This document shows, one piece after another, positions 1 through 8,353 of a stretch of 34,116 nucleotides of DNA (the first letter of the stretch is position 1; every line of letters starts with the position of its first letter). A program made the position numbers and the translations under genes. The DNA comes from a virus. Its lineage: Duplodnaviria; Caudoviricetes. The notes below the pieces were generated by a model, which was not told where the DNA came from, ran no database searches, and worked only from the letters and a program-made list of their open reading frames with translations. The stretch covers positions 1-34,116 of IMG/VR virus record IMGVR_UViG_3300020003_000009, one strand, 5' to 3'.

Positions 1-174
1 CCCAATGATGAAGGTAAACCGTTCGACTTGATTATCTACGGGAGAACAGCAGCAGAGCTTATGACTGTACCTAACGAGGTCGTTCAGAGCATTGCGCGAC
101 GTTATCCTGACTACACATCTTCCATCTTTCTATTGAAGGATTATAACAGTGCAGATAGACGGGATAGATGTTAA
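1..174 (+). CDS. 3' end of a probable upstream gene (partial, hypothetical)
   Basis: Frame +1 is open from base 1 to TAA at 172-174 (PNDEGKPFDLIIYG...DRC*); the other two + frames close within 30 nt. Confidence 0.35.
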   Translation, partial: PNDEGKPFDLIIYGRTAAELMTVPNEVVQSIARRYPDYTSSIFLLKDYNSADRRDRC

Positions 175-970
175 GTCTCTCGCAGAAAGTGAGCAACGCT
201 TTTCGCTCCTACTTTGGGGGTTGGCAGGGTGTGGGAAAACTACCCTCGCAGCTAGTGCTCCTGGTCGAAAGTTGCTCATCAATTTTGATCCTGACGGTCC
301 TGTTAGTTTGGGTGCTAGAGACGATATTGTTCTCATTGATCTATCTGCTGAAAGATATGGCATCGTAGATGTATTCAAGCTAGACGATGATCCTATGCTG
401 CCGCTCGGTGAGAAGAAGTATCGGTTGAGTAAGATCATCGAAGCGTTGGAGATTGAAACAGTTATCGTTGATAGTGTTACTGCGTTCACCGATCAGGCGG
501 TGCAGAAGGGTATCAGTGTAACCAAGGGTGCTACTATCGAGCGTCCTTCTCCCGGTGCGTATGGTGCTCGTAATGCTCTCACTCTGCGTATGATGAGTGG
601 CATCCTGCGTCTAACCAAGCGTATGAACGTGAATGTGATCTTTATCACGCATGAGGATGATAGTGGTGTGCGTGATAAGGAGGGAAACCTGTTGCACATC
701 ACAATGCTACTAGGTGGTAAGCTTAGTGGACAAGTAGGACTACAGATCAGTGAAGTTTGGTTCATGTCAGACGATGGATCGAAGCGCAAGTTAGCGTTGC
801 GTCCTGCACGTACGCGCAAGCCAATGAAAACGCGTATGTTCGATGCACGAGATAGAGTTGAGTTTGTGTTGCAGTACGATCCCTACAAGGATGTGTACGG
901 TAAGCACTCATTAACAAGTTTCATCAAGGAGTGGACAGACAATGGCAGAAACAAAATCCAAGTCCCGTAA
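149..970 (+). CDS. Sak4-like (AAA_24, RecA/Rad51-fold) ATPase / single-strand annealing protein
   Basis: Walker A LWGLAGCGKTT, LLINFD, Walker B VIVDSVT and IFITHE motif; GTG start with AAGGA RBS; adjacent to an SSB-like gene. Confidence 0.8.
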   Translation: MQIDGIDVKSLAESEQRFSLLLWGLAGCGKTTLAASAPGRKLLINFDPDGPVSLGARDDIVLIDLSAERYGIVDVFKLDDDPMLPLGEKKYRLSKIIEALEIETVIVDSVTAFTDQAVQKGISVTKGATIERPSPGAYGARNALTLRMMSGILRLTKRMNVNVIFITHEDDSGVRDKEGNLLHITMLLGGKLSGQVGLQISEVWFMSDDGSKRKLALRPARTRKPMKTRMFDARDRVEFVLQYDPYKDVYGKHSLTSFIKEWTDNGRNKIQVP

Positions 971-1478
971 TAAGGGCAAGGGTGCAACACGTGTTGAGGC
1001 GAACGATGTTGCTAAAGAAGCCTCGCTTGCAAGCAAGAAGAAGGAAGAAAAGAAAATGGTAGATAATGCATTACCGTCAATCATTGAGTTTGACGAGGAC
1101 ATTGCAGAAGCTGAAGCTCCTGTTCCCCTACCTGTAGGTGACTACCCCGCAGAAGTTCGCGGCGCTGTTCAAAAGACTGCTAATCAGTCTGGCAATCCTT
1201 ATGCCAGCGTGCAGTTCTTCATCAACGCTGATGCGTACCCTGCGGATTACACTGAGGGTGAACCGGATGGTATGCTGCTTACGTTCAACCGCGTGAGCTT
1301 GCAGAACACTCCTGCGGGTCGTCACCGTCTGCGTAAGTTCCTCGAAGCTATTGGCGCACCCGCTGGTAGCAAGATCGACCTCAATGATTGGGTTGGTCGT
1401 ACTGCAACTGTCACCATTTCCCATGATGAGTGGGAAGGTGAAACGCGCGCCAATATCGCCAAGGTCACTGCGGCCTGA
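942..1478 (+). CDS. DUF669-like phage ssDNA-binding protein (alternative start at 1056)
   Basis: PLPVGDYPAEV...SGNPY...WVGRTATVTISHDEWEGETRANI pattern typical of OB-fold DUF669 proteins that follow Sak4; AAGGAG RBS upstream of 942. Confidence 0.7.
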   Translation: MAETKSKSRNKGKGATRVEANDVAKEASLASKKKEEKKMVDNALPSIIEFDEDIAEAEAPVPLPVGDYPAEVRGAVQKTANQSGNPYASVQFFINADAYPADYTEGEPDGMLLTFNRVSLQNTPAGRHRLRKFLEAIGAPAGSKIDLNDWVGRTATVTISHDEWEGETRANIAKVTAA

Positions 1479-1489
1479 CGGTAGGACTA

Positions 1490-1524
1490 GAGGGCCACTT
1501 TCTGCTTGACAGGGGTGGCCCTTT
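1490..1524 (+). terminator. Hairpin after the SSB gene, probably an intrinsic terminator, with TTGACA in its loop
   Basis: AGGGCCAC (1491-1498) pairs with GTGGCCCT (1515-1522), followed by TTACTT. Confidence 0.6.
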
Positions 1525-1543
1525 ACTTCACAACAAGTGTTGC
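1506..1543 (+). promoter_or_regulatory. Putative sigma70-type promoter overlapped by a palindromic site
   Basis: TTGACA at 1506-1511, 17 nt spacer, weak -10 CACAAC at 1529-1534 overlapping CAACAAGTGTTG (1531-1542). Confidence 0.45.
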
Positions 1544-1575
1544 CCCGAATGGAGGGCAAGATGAAAGGACGAACA

Positions 1576-1836
1576 ATGCCAGCAGATGCACCCAAAAAGC
1601 GTCGGGCTTCCGGCCCCCGTACTCAGCGCCCGATTTTCGCCGTGGTCCGGTACACGGATCAGGACGGTTCGACGGTCCAGCTTGAGCAGTCCAGGCTTTC
1701 GATCCAGATCGAGCGGGACAGCGGCAAGTTGGTTGAAATGCTGACGGGTGGCGGTGACTTCACAGGGGCCGCAGTGGTCAAGGTGCAGTTGCCAGCCCCG
1801 ACGCCTCGTGCGAAGCCTGAGCAGCTTCCAGCTTAG
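1576..1836 (+). CDS. Hypothetical 86-aa protein with basic N-terminus
   Basis: ATG at 1576 preceded by AAAGGACGAACA; visibly GC3-rich codons; flanked by two hairpins. Confidence 0.75.
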   Translation: MPADAPKKRRASGPRTQRPIFAVVRYTDQDGSTVQLEQSRLSIQIERDSGKLVEMLTGGGDFTGAAVVKVQLPAPTPRAKPEQLPA

Positions 1837-1859
1837 TCTGGAGCCTGTTACTAAGCATC

Positions 1860-1893
1860 AGGGGGGTCGGGCTAGTAATCCGGCTCCCCTTTT
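1860..1893 (+). terminator. Intrinsic terminator
   Basis: GGGGGGTCGGG-ctagtaa-TCCGGCTCCCC stem followed by TTTT. Confidence 0.75.
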
Positions 1894-1928
1894 GTCAGTT
1901 GGAACAACAAACGCCTTGGAGAGTTGTC

Positions 1929-2177
1929 ATGAATATGGTAGTAAGCGGGCTAGAGGACTTGACCCTTACTATCCCGGTCCCAAGCTACATACCCCGCGCT
2001 CGGGGCATCCATGCAGTCGGGAAGTTCGGTTCACTACTCAAGGCAAAGTGTACCCCTAGAGAAAAGGAATTGTCACAACAAGCAGCAGACAAGTTGAATA
2101 TCTCTCATGCAGAGTTTATTCGATGGTGTGTTACATGGTGTGCCAAGGAGGTATTACATGATGTTCCAGATGCTTGA
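1929..2177 (+). CDS. Ribbon-helix-helix DNA-binding protein (putative regulator)
   Basis: LLKAKCTPREKELSQQAADKLNISHAEFIRWCV fits the RHH strand-helix-helix pattern (MobC/DUF1778-like); GGAGAG RBS before ATG 1929. Confidence 0.6.
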   Translation: MNMVVSGLEDLTLTIPVPSYIPRARGIHAVGKFGSLLKAKCTPREKELSQQAADKLNISHAEFIRWCVTWCAKEVLHDVPDA

Positions 2178-2400
2178 TCGCGTTGACAAGGCTCTCCGTG
2201 CTCGTATCGAAGCAGTTGCTACTCGCGCTGCTGTTGATGGCGACCGGGGCATTGTCGAATGGGCGCTTCGTGCAACTGACGATGCACTTGCTCTTGGTCG
2301 TATGCGCGACCGGGATCGTGCTACTCTAGCTCGCCTTGAGGACACGTATGGACACGAACAGCTTAATGACAATGGAGGCAGAGTCCTCATTCACGCTTGA
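2158..2400 (+). CDS. Hypothetical protein
   Basis: Strong AAGGAGG RBS before ATG 2158; fills the gap between the RHH gene and the helicase. Confidence 0.6.
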   Translation: MMFQMLDRVDKALRARIEAVATRAAVDGDRGIVEWALRATDDALALGRMRDRDRATLARLEDTYGHEQLNDNGGRVLIHA

Positions 2401-3655
2401 TCCAAAGCAGGATGAAGCTGTAGCACTGTGCTGCAACTTCACAACACGTGTTGCCGGTGTTACCGGTCCTGCTGGATCAGGTAAAACAACCATCCTAAAG
2501 AAAGCTTACAACGAGATACAAGACGCAGGATACCAAGTTGGACTTGCTGCTCCTACTGGTAAAGCTGCTAAACGTATCTACGAAGTCACTGGCATCGAAG
2601 CCATGACTAATCATCGCCTGTTGGAATACACCCATCCCGGTGATCCAGATCCCAAGACAGGCAAGCCCGCACAATTCTCTTATCCTCGTCGTACTAGACA
2701 GCATCCTCTCGATTTAGATGTTCTGTTTGTGGACGAGTACGCGATGGTCAACAATGAGTTGCACCGATCGCTCTTTGATGCGCTCCGTCCTGGGGCGTGT
2801 ATTCGTGTGTTCGGAGACAATAACCAGCTACCGCCCATTGAAGAGGATAAGCGCCTTGAAATGCTTCCATCTTCTTTCATCCAGTTGCTTGACAAGTTCC
2901 CATCCGTGCGATTGGATACAATCCATCGGCAAGGAAAAGACAGTGGTATTCTCCTCAACTTACAACAAGTGTTGCGGGGTAGAATGCCCACACGCAACGA
3001 TCAGTGGACTATGCACTTCACAGACACGCCAGTGGACGCTCTACGTGACTACATCCATGTGAGCATGGCTAAGGGAGTGGACTTCACTGATCCCAGGAAC
3101 CAAATCCTCACACCGCAGAACACAACATGGGTTGGCACTGTAAAGCTCAACCAAATGATCCAATCTCTGTTCCATAACCGTCTCGATCCTGCTTGCATGA
3201 TCCCGCGTCATAAGTGGGTGAAGGGAGAAGGAGACGAGAAGGGTGGCCTGATGCGTATGTACGTCGGGGATAAGGTCATTATCACTCGCAATATGTACGA
3301 ACTCGAGGTTTTCAACGGTGAGAGTGGTAAGATCATTGAGATCACCAATGATGGTGAATTGATCCTTGATTTGGGCGACCGTGAGCAAGCAATTCCACCT
3401 ATTATGATGGTGCAGAACCGTTGGGGTAAGATTGTAGAGATTGATCCCCGTAAGGATGTGGATTTAGGCTATGCAATCACTACGCACAAGTCCCAGGGTT
3501 CAGAATATGACAACGTGTGTTACGTGTTGAACAAAAGCACTGGCTATATGCAGAATAGGCGTAATTTCTACACCGCAACCAGTCGTGGTAGAGAACACGT
3601 GCACCTTATTACCGATCAGCGTTCCCTTTCACTCTCATTGAACAAAAGAGGCTAA
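2336..3655 (+). CDS. RecD/Dda-like SF1B DNA helicase (true start probably 2348-2372)
   Basis: GPAGSGKTT, AAPTGKAAKR, TNHRLL, VDEYAMV, GDNNQLPPI, IHRQ, YAITTHKSQGSEY, YTATSRGR motifs. Confidence 0.92.
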   Translation: MRTRMDTNSLMTMEAESSFTLDPKQDEAVALCCNFTTRVAGVTGPAGSGKTTILKKAYNEIQDAGYQVGLAAPTGKAAKRIYEVTGIEAMTNHRLLEYTHPGDPDPKTGKPAQFSYPRRTRQHPLDLDVLFVDEYAMVNNELHRSLFDALRPGACIRVFGDNNQLPPIEEDKRLEMLPSSFIQLLDKFPSVRLDTIHRQGKDSGILLNLQQVLRGRMPTRNDQWTMHFTDTPVDALRDYIHVSMAKGVDFTDPRNQILTPQNTTWVGTVKLNQMIQSLFHNRLDPACMIPRHKWVKGEGDEKGGLMRMYVGDKVIITRNMYELEVFNGESGKIIEITNDGELILDLGDREQAIPPIMMVQNRWGKIVEIDPRKDVDLGYAITTHKSQGSEYDNVCYVLNKSTGYMQNRRNFYTATSRGREHVHLITDQRSLSLSLNKRG

Positions 3656-3656
3656 C

Positions 3657-3938
3657 ATGGGCGAGTATCTTGAAGAAAGCGGAGACAAAGACAGACTAAC
3701 CAAGACCCTTGAAGTTGCTCCAGGCATTCCAGTGTACGCATTGGACTTGCATGGGGCTACTGTTGGAGAAGGATCAGACGAACACGCTCTTATCTTCGTC
3801 ACACTCTATGATGCTGCGGGCAATCCACACAACTTTGTGTTCCATACGGAAGCAGCAGAGTCACTATCCAAGGCTTTAGGCGAAGCCATCCCTATGCTCA
3901 TCAAACTAGAGGAACACTTAAAGGCTAGGAGGAACTAG
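3657..3938 (+). CDS. Hypothetical protein
   Basis: GAGG RBS, tightly packed between the helicase and the kinase. Confidence 0.7.
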   Translation: MGEYLEESGDKDRLTKTLEVAPGIPVYALDLHGATVGEGSDEHALIFVTLYDAAGNPHNFVFHTEAAESLSKALGEAIPMLIKLEEHLKARRN

Positions 3939-4530
3939 TGGCTAATCACCAAAAGATCATTGTCTTTAATGGCCCTCCTGACTGTGGAAAAGACACTGCG
4001 TCGGATGCAGTACGCTCGTACATCCAAATCCATGCCACTTGGATGCGGCCAACGCACATGAAGTTTGCTGAACCACTCAAACAGGGTGCTCACGCGTTGT
4101 ATAGTGCGTTCCACAACTACGACTACTACGACAATGACGGTCGCAGGGAGAAGAACAACCCTTCAATGCTTTGGAGAGGTTACATGGACCGGAAGCCCTC
4201 GGGTACATCATGCGCAAACGGCTCGTGCGTAATAGCTTTAATAGTGTCGTGGTGTGTAGCGATGGGGGTCGTTTGGGGGATTTGGCGCCTGTTATCGAAC
4301 ACGTAGGCCAGAAGAATGTGCTGATCGTAGAGATACACGCAACAGGTGTTACAGAGTGGGACAACCGCTGTTACATTGGCGATGATGTTCAAGCTATGTA
4401 TCCCGATGTTACTGTGAAGAAGATACCTAACAAGATAGGAGGACGAAGCGACAGAGAGATATTCAGGATGCTGTGCCAAGGCGTAGCTAAGAACTGGTTA
4501 GACATTACAGAGAAAGAGGACGCGTTATGA
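3938..4530 (+). pseudogene. Deoxynucleoside monophosphate kinase-like gene split by a frameshift/deletion near 4165
   Basis: N half has P-loop FNGPPDCGKDT and KFAEPLK; C half (LERLHGPEALG...VVVCSDGGR) lies in the -1 frame. Confidence 0.7.
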
Positions 4531-4715
4531 TTGAAGATATTGGTAAGTACTTTGTCGAAGGCTTGAAAGCTCTTGGCGAAGAGGGACTTGATGGTGCTCA
4601 CAAGATCATTGAGGCTGTTCAAGCTGTAGAAGATGAAGATGATGTCACGAACATCAACGAAGGCTTGGTACAGTTCGATGAGATCTTGGATCAGTTAGGA
4701 CAAGAGGAAGCGTAA
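4527..4715 (+). CDS. Small, highly acidic hypothetical protein
   Basis: GAGGA RBS, ATGA and TAATG overlaps on each side; 18 D/E and 3 K in 62 aa. Confidence 0.75.
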   Translation: MIEDIGKYFVEGLKALGEEGLDGAHKIIEAVQAVEDEDDVTNINEGLVQFDEILDQLGQEEA

Positions 4716-7195
4716 TGGCTAATACAATCGCAGAAATGAACAGAGAGATACAAGTACGCGCAAAGGCGTTAGGACTTGAAGTTGACTGCGGTTGTGATGG
4801 TATGTTCGGCGCAGAGGTAGCTATCATCGGTGAAGCTCCAGGTGAGCGGGAACGCGTGATGAAGATGCCTCTCGTCGGCAGCAGCGGTAAGTACCTTTGG
4901 GACAACTTACGCAAGTACGGACTGTCACGCCAGAAGGTGTATGTGAGTAATGTAATCAAGCGTCAACTGCTCTCTGTCAACATGGCTAACATGAAGGAGA
5001 AGATCAGTGACGGGGAAGTTTCACACTACACAACGATCCTGTTGTGGGAACTCGCTCAACTCCCAAATCTCAGATATGTTGTCTGCCTTGGTAACTATGC
5101 TCTCGCTGCAATTACGGGACTTAGAGGTATCACTAATTATCGAGGGTCGGTGTTCGACGTGCAACTCGGTAGTGTTCATGGAGAAGGAGAGACGAGCAGC
5201 AGGGACGTTAAAGTCGTCGTAATGTACAATCCAGCACACGTGTTGCGTGAAGCTAAGAACGAAGTGATGTTCAAGTTCGACTGCTACAGGCTTAATCAAG
5301 TGATTACGGGGGAGTTCAAAGAGCATGAGATTAACGCCCGTATCAATCCGACGTTCGATGAGGCAATGTCATGGATCGACAAGATGCAAACAGGAGGAAA
5401 GCCTGTTGGACTGGATATTGAGACTTCCAGCGGGGAAACCATTTGCGTGGGGCTTGCAAATGATGCCCATGAGGGACTGTGCATCAACTTCAGAACCAAA
5501 GATGCGAATAGATGGACAGTAAAGGAGGAAGCGCAACTATGGCTGAGGCTTCAGAAGCTCGTAGCAGATCCGTCCGTGCGTCTTGTTACTCAAAATGGAA
5601 TGTACGACTCGTCGTGGACGTATTTCCTGGACAGATTGCGGTTCGGGCCTATATGGTTCGACACGATGCTGGCCCATCACACGCTGTATCCCCGAATGCC
5701 CCATTCGTTGGGCTTCTTAACCACGCAGTATACAACGCACCCTTTCTATAAGGATGAAGGCAAGATTTGGAAGGAAACAGGCGATATTGACGCTGAATGG
5801 GTGTACAATGTCAAAGATGTTTGCCTCATGCTCGCTAGTCAGCAACAAATGTTGCAAGAATTGGAGCAACAAGGACTCAGCGAGTTTTTCTTCAATCATG
5901 TGATGTTCCTGCAACCACATCTAGTCGATATGACTGTTCATGGAGTGGCGATCGACAAGGAGTTGAAGGATCAGATAGCCCAGGATATGAAAGTCACTAT
6001 TGGAGCAATGCGTGATGAGTACTTTGCAATGGTTGCTGACTGCACAGGTGATGTCGAATTTCGTCCTAATCCTAATTCTCCTAAGCAGATGGCCGAACTA
6101 TTCTTCAAGCGACTTAAACTCGTTGGAAGGGGAGTGGCGACTGACAAGGAAAACCGTCGCCGTATGCGGGATCATCCTCGTACTCCAGACGATTGCCGTG
6201 CTTTACTGCTTCACATTGACAACCTCGCTGTAGAGCAGAAGTTCTCATCCACTTATGCGGAGATGTCGGTCGATGAAGATAACCGAATTAGATGTGAATA
6301 TAAACAGACTGGTGTTAGCTCCGCCCCCGGTAGGCTCTCCTCTGCAAGTACTGGTTGGGGGACTGGAACTAACCTTCAGAACCAACCGGGACGGGCACAC
6401 AATATGTTCGTTGCAGACACCGGATACGAGTTTAACTATTTCGACCTCCAACAAGCTGAGTCACGAGTTGTCGGTTTTAGAGCCGTAATCCCGCACTGGA
6501 TGGAACAATTCAACGACCCAAGCGTTGATAGTCATAGAGCACTTGCCTCTATCATGTTCAACGTGCCGTACGAGGATGTACCAGCCACGGATTACAGCAC
6601 TGAAGGCCCATTCGCTCCATTCTCAATTCGTTACATTGCCAAACGCTGTCGTCACGCTCTCAACTACCGCATGATGCCAGATCGGTTGGCTACTACACTG
6701 CAAACCAGTTATGGCGTTGCAGAGTATTTGTGGCACCAGTATCACAAGACGAACCCACAGATACAAGAGTGGTGGGAATGGCAGATCAAGCAAGTGCAAG
6801 AGAAACGGAGGATATACAACGCATACGGGAGGCGATGGATCTTACAGGAGAAGTTCAGTGATGATGCCCTCGAACCTGTTATTGCTTTCTATCCTCAGTC
6901 TACCATTGGTGATAAAGTTGCCAGGGTTATTTATCGGTGTCACACTGACCCTGATTGGCCTAGAGATAGTGCAAGGATCTCACTCAATATCCACGACGCC
7001 CTTATTGCTCTTAATAAGCGGGGTCATGGCGACACAGTTAGACGCGTGATGAAGAAACACGCGCTGGAACCTCTACTGATCGAAGGCATGGACGGTCAGA
7101 TTAGGGAGTTAGTAATTCCATGTGATCTCAAGTGTAGCGAAGCCGATGAGAAGGGCGTTCATCGGTGGAGCACGTTAAGAAAGGTAGAAGCATGA
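4715..7195 (+). CDS. Family A DNA polymerase with N-terminal UDG-like domain and 3'-5' exonuclease
   Basis: UDG family 4-like GEAPG...PLVGSSG...YVSNVIK...VCLG...YNPA; ExoI LDIETS, ExoII QNGMYD, ExoIII YNVKD; GRLSS, NLQN; motif A DLQQAESR, motif B RYIAKRCRHALNY, motif C IHDA. Confidence 0.92.
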   Translation: MANTIAEMNREIQVRAKALGLEVDCGCDGMFGAEVAIIGEAPGERERVMKMPLVGSSGKYLWDNLRKYGLSRQKVYVSNVIKRQLLSVNMANMKEKISDGEVSHYTTILLWELAQLPNLRYVVCLGNYALAAITGLRGITNYRGSVFDVQLGSVHGEGETSSRDVKVVVMYNPAHVLREAKNEVMFKFDCYRLNQVITGEFKEHEINARINPTFDEAMSWIDKMQTGGKPVGLDIETSSGETICVGLANDAHEGLCINFRTKDANRWTVKEEAQLWLRLQKLVADPSVRLVTQNGMYDSSWTYFLDRLRFGPIWFDTMLAHHTLYPRMPHSLGFLTTQYTTHPFYKDEGKIWKETGDIDAEWVYNVKDVCLMLASQQQMLQELEQQGLSEFFFNHVMFLQPHLVDMTVHGVAIDKELKDQIAQDMKVTIGAMRDEYFAMVADCTGDVEFRPNPNSPKQMAELFFKRLKLVGRGVATDKENRRRMRDHPRTPDDCRALLLHIDNLAVEQKFSSTYAEMSVDEDNRIRCEYKQTGVSSAPGRLSSASTGWGTGTNLQNQPGRAHNMFVADTGYEFNYFDLQQAESRVVGFRAVIPHWMEQFNDPSVDSHRALASIMFNVPYEDVPATDYSTEGPFAPFSIRYIAKRCRHALNYRMMPDRLATTLQTSYGVAEYLWHQYHKTNPQIQEWWEWQIKQVQEKRRIYNAYGRRWILQEKFSDDALEPVIAFYPQSTIGDKVARVIYRCHTDPDWPRDSARISLNIHDALIALNKRGHGDTVRRVMKKHALEPLLIEGMDGQIRELVIPCDLKCSEADEKGVHRWSTLRKVEA

Positions 7196-7659
7196 CTGAC
7201 AGAAAAGTTGAGGACACGAAAACCTTCGGTCCCAAAACGAAAGACAGCAAGCGTGCTGGCTCTGGCTACAGTGATGATAAGTCGGAGAAGCAGACACGCG
7301 ACTTGCGTAGTGATCCGATGGATGCAGAAGAACGCGCTGGTCGCAGTGCAGAAGAAGTGAACGCCATGTGCACAGACCAAGCCATCGAAGGTGCTAATCA
7401 GCATCTACACGATGTAACTGCGGGTCACGTGTTTGGTGACACTACTTCGTCAAGCGGTGGTGCAAACAATCCCGGTCAGCATGGCCGTGACGGTGGCGAA
7501 GTCGATGGTGAGGACAGCAATCCTTCACCTGAAGATCCGACACCGGAAGAAGAACTCCCCGTGGAAGATGGTTCCGCTGGAGACGAGTCGGGAACAGTTA
7601 CCGACTTGGGACTGAAGAAAGAGAACGAGCAGAAGGCTCCAGAAGTCAAGAAGCTCTAA
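7192..7659 (+). CDS. Acidic, low-complexity hypothetical protein
   Basis: ATGA overlap with the polymerase stop; D/E/G/S-rich, likely disordered. Confidence 0.7.
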   Translation: MTDRKVEDTKTFGPKTKDSKRAGSGYSDDKSEKQTRDLRSDPMDAEERAGRSAEEVNAMCTDQAIEGANQHLHDVTAGHVFGDTTSSSGGANNPGQHGRDGGEVDGEDSNPSPEDPTPEEELPVEDGSAGDESGTVTDLGLKKENEQKAPEVKKL

Positions 7660-7719
7660 CAACAGGTGTTGCACCCCCGCGCCCGAAGTGCGATAAGGCG
7701 CGGGAGATTGCGGGGGTTT
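7660..7719 (+). promoter_or_regulatory. Leader of the HNH gene: palindromic site, putative promoter and RBS-sequestering hairpin
   Basis: CAACAGGTGTTG at 7660-7671; TTGCAC-N17-GATAAG with upstream TG; ACCCCCGC pairs with GCGGGGGT just before ATG 7720. Confidence 0.55.
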
Positions 7720-8181
7720 ATGAAAGAGATACAACTGACTAGAGGCTATGTTGCTCTTGTCGATGACGAGGACTACGAACTTGTGTCACAATACAACTGG
7801 TCTGTTAGTATAAAGAACCACACGTGTTACGCTCGCAGTCGTCTTGGCAAGGCTGACAACCCTGATACGCTGTTGCACAGGTTCCTACTAAATGCTCCTG
7901 CTGGAGTTGAGGTAGACCACAAAGATGGTAACGGTTTGAATTGTCAAAGGTCTAACATACGTTTGGCAACGTCAAAACAGAATAACTGCAACAAGTGGGT
8001 GCAGGGTGAGGGCTATCGCGGCGTTACACTACGTCCGAATGGTCGTTACCAAGCACGCATAAGAGACGACGAGCGCAGAATTGTTATTGGTACCTTTGAT
8101 ACAGACCTAGAAGCTGCAAGAGCATATGATGAAGCTGCCAGGAAGTATCACGGAGAGTTTGCAATGTTGAACTTTAACTAA
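7720..8181 (+). CDS. HNH endonuclease with C-terminal AP2 DNA-binding domain (free-standing homing endonuclease type)
   Basis: ALVDDEDY, LHRFLL, VDHKDGNGLNCQRSNIR (HNH), then YRGV...YQARI...IGTFDTDLEAARAYDEAARKYHGEFA (AP2). Confidence 0.93.
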   Translation: MKEIQLTRGYVALVDDEDYELVSQYNWSVSIKNHTCYARSRLGKADNPDTLLHRFLLNAPAGVEVDHKDGNGLNCQRSNIRLATSKQNNCNKWVQGEGYRGVTLRPNGRYQARIRDDERRIVIGTFDTDLEAARAYDEAARKYHGEFAMLNFN

Positions 8182-8191
8182 GGATAAGCCA

Positions 8192-8353
8192 ATGCCTAAA
8201 GCCAAGACGCCAGAGCAGCTAGAGAAGGCGCTTCAGGACAACCTAGACCAGTTTCCTGAAGTCACTGCTGATGATCCGTACCTATCGGATGCTAAAGCGT
8301 TCCTTCAACAAGCTATTGCTTGCTTAGGGAAGCAGATCAGAACTAATGTCTAG
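8192..8353 (+). CDS. Hypothetical 53-aa protein absent from the ORF track
   Basis: AAGGA RBS, then MPKAKTPEQLEKALQDNLDQFPEVTADDPYLSDAKAFLQQAIACLGKQIRTNV*; overlaps the next start. Confidence 0.7.
   Translation: MPKAKTPEQLEKALQDNLDQFPEVTADDPYLSDAKAFLQQAIACLGKQIRTNV

Noticed and set aside
7666-8181. HNH gene as part of a group I intron or intein
   Set aside because: It lies between complete ORFs rather than interrupting one, and the flanks are too short for an intron core
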